From positions 92,181,768 to 92,245,767 of the forward strand of contig JASCQW010000081.1 in the NCBI GenBank assembly GCA_030264375.1: a stretch of 64,000 nt of DNA. Reading direction: 5' to 3'. This stretch comes from Carcharhinus longimanus (lineage: Eukaryota). A program made the position numbers and the translations under genes. The notes under the pieces were generated by a model that saw only the letters and a program-made list of their open reading frames with translations, searched no databases and was not told the origin of the DNA. This document shows, piece after piece, positions 62,851-64,000 of this stretch. Position 1 is the first letter of the stretch, and each line of letters starts with the position of its first letter.

Positions 62851-62988
62851 TTTCTGCAGCAAACATTTCCTTTCACGTAATGGATTTCACGAGATTGTCA
62901 GAATTCTCTTCTTGTCTTTTACCTCAATGACCTGTAACATTAAACAAGAAGGTTTCACGTAAAATGATTATCAGTCAAGATATTTTAC

Positions 62989-63012
62989 CTGTCACTTGTT
63001 TCATCTTCTCCA
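62989..63012 (-). CDS. Candidate 24-nt phase 1-1 microexon (V)EKMKQVT, unit H
   Basis: ttcaatttatcag|TGGAGAAGATGAAACAAGTGACAG|gtaaaatat; paralog of 10647-10670. Confidence 0.45.
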
Positions 63013-63139
63013 CTGATAAATTGAAAACAAATATGGACTAGAACGTGGGAATATGGAGTCGTCGGGAGTCATGAGAATTTTGCACATTATTGGGTAAGTT
63101 TAGCTCTGTGCAAATGTGCACAACTGGGAATGTTTAATT

Positions 63140-63425
63140 TCGTCTCATAGCGCCAGAGGCTCAAATTCGATTGCGGCCTCAGGTGTCGTCTCTGCGGAGT
63201 TTGTACATTCTTCCCGTGTCTGCAAAGGTTTCCTCCGGGTGCGCTAGTTTCTTCCTGCAGTCCAAACATCTGGACGTTAGTTGAATTGGTTATGCTAAAT
63301 TGCCCTTTAGTCCTAGGGAGATGAGCAGGCTGAATTATGGGGATAGGGGCTGGGTCGGATGTTGTCGGTGCAGGCTTGACGGGCCCAATGGCCTGTTTCT
63401 GCTCCGTAGGATTCTGTGATTCTAC
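63140..63425 (+). mobile_element. HE1-like SINE
   Basis: ctcatagcgccagagg..tctgcggagtttgtacattcttcccgtgtctg..gacgggcccaatggcct..ggattctgtgattct. Confidence 0.85.
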
Positions 63426-64000
63426 AACCCACCCCAACGATTTTCAGAACCCAAGAAAGATGTGGTGCTGAGTTGCAAGTGTCTCCGACAGAGGCAGCAA
63501 TATTGAGAACGGCACCAGCTGCATGAAAGGCATTACATCTTTCGAAGTCAGTCTCCTTAGAGCCTACAAACTCAATCTTCACGATGTAAACTCAAATTAA
63601 TAACACACCATGTCACCATAAAACAAAATACTACATGGTCATTGGGTACTTTACCGAGTTGTTTTCGATATCTTTCGCTTTCTGAAAAAAAGGGATGTAA
63701 CACACAAGTTATAACGCGCCAAGGAAAGTTATGGGATTATAACTCATAACAGAAATGCAGAGTAAACTTAGCATCTGTGGAGAGAGTAACATAATTAATT
63801 TTTCATTTCCAAGTGACTTCTTCAGAATTGGGGAGTGATACATATTTCTCGTCCTTGCGCCATCAGCTAATAGGAATGTTTTCCTTGTCTAACCACCAAA
63901 TCTGTCGTAAATTTGTACATCACTATATTAAAAAAACTTCTCTCATTCATCTTTGTTCCAACGAGAACAAACCCAGCAACCCCAAGCATATCTTGCAGTT

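Noticed and set aside
62923-62931. 9-nt microexon candidate (also 43389-43397, 10793-10800, 41853-41883)
   Set aside because: Stop in phase 1, non-3n length, or an implied intron of only 48-57 nt.
1-64000. CRISPR arrays, operons, prokaryotic defence systems, rRNA, endogenous virus
   Set aside because: No regular repeat-spacer array or dense ORF packing, and no rRNA or viral motifs recognised. The repeat content is that of a vertebrate genome.

Overview
Vertebrate genomic scaffold with about 10 N-gaps, almost certainly from a shark or other elasmobranch. The evidence is abundant HE1-type tRNA SINEs, CR1/HER1, Rex1/Babar and L2-type LINE fragments and Penelope remnants. No intact multi-exon gene or prokaryotic feature is supported. 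Most of the non-repeat sequence reads on the minus strand as a head-to-tail array of about 8 heavily decayed NLR-type innate immune receptor genes (units A-H; A runs off the left edge). Units B-H each have a large FISNA-NACHT-winged helix-HD2 exon broken by stops, frameshifts and TE insertions. Most units also have 1-3 CARD-like exons (none identified for B) and phase-1 microexons. I identified these by eye, aligning frame-shifted translations to a chondrichthyan NLR consensus recalled from memory (e.g. QQKHKETLRAQTETL, HELLARGR, AVAGVPGIGKT, FVFSFKFR, EGLLFIFDGLDE, VVYTFPHLTIQEF, LHYLFESQ; CARD-like SSRLFL..KGSRARR.MWESFV..PKLD.IL.EIQE). No database search was run. About 15 microexons keep canonical splice sites, 3n length and an open phase-1 frame despite the decay around them. 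No convincing LRR exons were found. Coordinates of decayed exons and repeats are approximate.
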